From IMG/VR virus record IMGVR_UViG_3300048598_000587, positions 1 to 37,317 of that record: a stretch of 37,317 nucleotides of DNA; one strand, written 5' to 3'. The notes beneath the pieces are model-generated. The model was not told where the DNA came from, did no database searches, and was given only the letters and a program-made list of their open reading frames with translations. A program made the translations under genes and the position numbers. Below are positions 35,046 to 37,317 of this stretch, one piece after another. Position 1 is the stretch's first letter; every line of letters begins with the position of its first letter. This DNA is from a virus. Its lineage: Duplodnaviria; Caudoviricetes.

Positions 35046-36314
35046 ATGCCCGCGCCGGCCTACCTCCCTTTCTCCGAAGCCATCGACTTCTTCAAGGCGA
35101 AGATCAAGCTGCCTTCGTCCGGCTGGACGGATATCTGGCAGGAACAGCATTCGCATGCCTTCGTGGTGGCCGGCGCTGCCCATGATGACCTGGTCGGCGA
35201 CTTTTATAACGCCATTGCCCAGGCCAGGGAGGCCGGCGGTTACGACGTGTTCAAAAAGTCGTTCGGCGATATCGTCGCAAAGCATGGCTGGGCACATAAC
35301 GGCACGCCCGGCTGGCGCAGCAAGATCATCTACGACACGAACGTAACGCAGTCTTTCAACGCCGGACGCGAGAAGCAAATGCAGGCGGTCAAGCACTTGC
35401 GGCCCTATGGCATGTATCGCCACACAAGCATCGAACACCCGCGCCTTGAGCACAAGGCGTGGAACGGCCTGATATTGCCCTTGGATGATCCATGGTGGGA
35501 TACGCACACGCCGCAAAATGGCTGGGGCTGCAAATGCCGGAAGTACTCACTGTCCCGTGTCGAGGCCGAGCGGGAGTGGAAGAAGAACGGCAAGACCGGG
35601 CCAGACGAAGCGCCGCCCATCGAAATGGAAAAGGTTATCGTCGGCAAGAACGGCAGCAATCCGCGTGAAGTCTGGGTTCCCAAGGGCGTTGATCCCGGCT
35701 TCGCATACAACCCGGGCAAGGCCTGGCTTGAGCCGCACACGGTGCCGCCGCTGCAGGGTTACGACGCGGTATTGAAGGAGCGTAAAGCAGCCTGGCCGAC
35801 CGGCGTTGAGCGGCCGGCGCTGCCGGTGCCGACCAAGGTGCCGTCATCAGTTGTGTTGCCGGCCAGCACGGCGCCCGAGGTGGCCGTCACGGACTTCCTG
35901 GATGTGTTCGGCGCAACGCTGGACGAAGGCGCTGCATTCACCGATGCGGCCGGCAGCACGTTGGCGATCACAAAGGCCCTTTTCGTTAAAGGCAGCGACA
36001 AGGAAAGCGACAATTTCAAGTGGTTGGCAGAACCGGAAAAGGCCGACCGCATGAAGTACATCAACCTGCTGGCCATGACGCTGATCGAACCGGATGAAAT
36101 CTGGTGGGCTTGGGAAAAAGACGCCGGCGACCCGGCAAAGTGGCGATTGAAGCGGCGGTATGTGAAGGCTTTCGAGATCGACGGCGATAACCGCTATGGC
36201 GTCGGTGTTTTCGAATGGTCGAAAGCGGGATGGACGGGCGCTACAGTCTTCCCGGCCAGCAAAGAGAAGTACTTTGACCGGCAACGCATCGGCCGCCTGA
36301 TCTGGAAAAAGTAA
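35046..36314 (+). CDS. MuF (gp30) minor head protein with C-terminal PBECR2-like nuclease domain
   Basis: IIYDTNV..FNAGR, PRLEH..W.G..LP.DDPWW, PQNGWGCKC and GVDPGFAYNPG; C-terminal LAMTLIEPDEIW...RRYV...W.G.T.F...R.G. Confidence 0.88.
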   Translation: MPAPAYLPFSEAIDFFKAKIKLPSSGWTDIWQEQHSHAFVVAGAAHDDLVGDFYNAIAQAREAGGYDVFKKSFGDIVAKHGWAHNGTPGWRSKIIYDTNVTQSFNAGREKQMQAVKHLRPYGMYRHTSIEHPRLEHKAWNGLILPLDDPWWDTHTPQNGWGCKCRKYSLSRVEAEREWKKNGKTGPDEAPPIEMEKVIVGKNGSNPREVWVPKGVDPGFAYNPGKAWLEPHTVPPLQGYDAVLKERKAAWPTGVERPALPVPTKVPSSVVLPASTAPEVAVTDFLDVFGATLDEGAAFTDAAGSTLAITKALFVKGSDKESDNFKWLAEPEKADRMKYINLLAMTLIEPDEIWWAWEKDAGDPAKWRLKRRYVKAFEIDGDNRYGVGVFEWSKAGWTGATVFPASKEKYFDRQRIGRLIWKK

Positions 36315-36334
36315 CGCGGCCATGGAGGCCGCGT
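36305..36334 (-). terminator. Intrinsic terminator of the putative small RNA
   Basis: ACGCGGCC-TCCAT-GGCCGCGT-TAC-TTTTT on the minus strand. Confidence 0.55.
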
Positions 36335-36388
36335 CGCTTTACGGATCAGATATGGGGCAGTAGGCCGAAGCCAGTCTGACTGAACCGC
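36305..36388 (-). ncRNA. Putative ~84-nt structured small RNA convergent on muF
   Basis: Own promoter, nested stems with a C(UUCG)G tetraloop, and a terminator hairpin plus U5. Confidence 0.55.
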
Positions 36389-36394
36389 GAGGTA

Positions 36395-36423
36395 ACTATA
36401 TGCAATTCGACATCGAGTTTCAA
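36395..36423 (-). promoter_or_regulatory. Sigma70-type promoter, antisense to the start of G
   Basis: TTGAAA (36423-36418), 17 bp, TATAGT (36400-36395). Confidence 0.65.
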
Positions 36424-36912
36424 GCAGATCATTTATCCAGTGTGATGGATGCGATCCGCCGCGAGATCGCTACGCCGGAAGAAATGCTCGGCAGCATCGG
36501 CGCCTCGCTGTTCCAGGTAAATCAGGAGCGTCATGATCAAGGGCTAGATCCGGAAGGCAAGGCCTGGGAAAAATTGGCTGCTTCGACGATAGCAGCCGGT
36601 GGCCGAAAGGGTGGCCCGCTCAATAAAACTGGCCGCATGCTGGCTAATTTCCATTACCAGGTGCAAGGCGACAATCTGCGCTTGGGGTTCGATCAGGGCG
36701 ACGGCTTTAAGGCCATATTTCATCAGGATGGATCTCGCGCCCATGTCATCAGTCGCTCGCAAATGGTGGAAGGGTTTGGCTCCGTTCGCAGACGGATCAA
36801 TCATCCGGGTCTTCCCGCTCGCCCTCTGGTCGGCTTCCCGGAAAGTGATCGCCAGCTGGTCGGCGACGTGACGGCTGACCACATCACAGCAGTAATAAAC
36901 CGCCGTCGATGA
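36400..36912 (+). CDS. Virion morphogenesis protein (Mu gpG / tail S family)
   Basis: DPEGKAW..L, LNKTGRM, AIFHQDG and HPGLPARPLVG motifs. Confidence 0.9.
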   Translation: MQFDIEFQADHLSSVMDAIRREIATPEEMLGSIGASLFQVNQERHDQGLDPEGKAWEKLAASTIAAGGRKGGPLNKTGRMLANFHYQVQGDNLRLGFDQGDGFKAIFHQDGSRAHVISRSQMVEGFGSVRRRINHPGLPARPLVGFPESDRQLVGDVTADHITAVINRRR

Positions 36913-36915
36913 TCA

Positions 36916-37117
36916 TTTAAACGGTCTTTGAATGGGGTATTTCCAGTAACGCGCCGGGTAATTTCCCGTACTTGTCGCCCGAATATCCCGTACTTTTACC
37001 CCAGAACTGTCCGGAAATCAGAATTCCCGCCCGAGTACCCCAAACCCAATAACCACGGCCCGTTCAGCCCGATTCCCGCCCGTGAAACCCATCCGGTTTC
37101 TCCCCCCTCCCTACTCA
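36916..37117. repeat. Prophage right end with short repeats (candidate transposase-binding sites)
   Basis: TCCCGTACTT at 36964 and 36986; ATTCCCGCCCG at 37023 and 37072; terminus either ...CCCTA (37113) or ...CTCA (37117). Confidence 0.6.
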
Positions 37118-37317
37118 TCGGTCGGGTGCTCAACATGTATCCGGTTGAATCGGCTGCCGTCACCGCCTGCCACAGCGGCCTCGGCGGCACCGGCGACGTC
37201 GCCATCCTCTCCGCCTGCAACCGGATGGGCCTGATCCCCTTCGCCCAGATCTCCACCCGCATCGGTGGTGCCTTCATGGTCGTGTTCGGCGTATTCGCCA
37301 TCAAGTTCTTCGGCTGA
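37114..37317 (+). pseudogene. 3' fragment of host 2-hydroxycarboxylate transporter (CitS/MaeN family), interrupted by the prophage
   Basis: LIGRVLNMYPVESA...CHSGLGGTGDVAILSA.NRM.L.PFAQISTRIGG is the 2-HCT C-terminal signature. Confidence 0.85.

Larger units (their letters stand above)
1..37117. mobile_element. Mu-like transposable prophage (B3/BcepMu-type transposition module, myovirus tail); left end outside window
   Basis: DDE transposase, MuB-like ATPase, GemA and Mor together with Mu-type portal, F, G, I, T, sheath and gp43-gp48 baseplate genes; abrupt junction with a host transporter fragment near 37113-37117. Confidence 0.95.

Noticed and set aside
36321-36328. CATGGAGG in a hairpin loop resembling a CsrA/RsmA site on the plus strand
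   Set aside because: Single short match far from a start codon; better explained as the minus-strand terminator loop
36928-37113. N-terminal part of the 129-aa ORF fused to the transporter fragment
   Set aside because: Chance open frame across the non-coding prophage end; only 37114 onward resembles a transporter

Overview
Nearly complete Mu-like transposable prophage (contractile tail) in a GC-rich bacterium. Its right end at about 37113-37117 interrupts a host 2-hydroxycarboxylate (citrate/malate) transporter gene; the left end lies outside the window. The gene order is rearranged relative to Mu. The early/transposition module (ner-like, DDE transposase, MuB-like ATPase, gemA, mor) sits in the middle and reads leftwards into protease, capsid and tail genes (minus strand). 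Repressor, morons, lysis, terminase, portal, MuF and G read rightwards (plus strand). Most notable: (1) an unannotated ~84-nt structured small RNA with its own sigma70 promoter and terminator, convergent on a MuF gene carrying a PBECR2-like nuclease domain, plus a stand-alone paralog of that domain in the repressor operon (candidate RNA-antitoxin/immunity system); (2) a C5-methyltransferase locus dual-coded in two overlapping frames; (3) an H-NS-type DNA-binding domain fused to the protein next to the transposase, whose gene contains twin DNA palindromes; (4) three late promoters that each overlap an RBS-occluding hairpin; (5) an accessory LamG/fibre cassette in the tail operon. All family assignments come from motif recognition and synteny, not from database searches.
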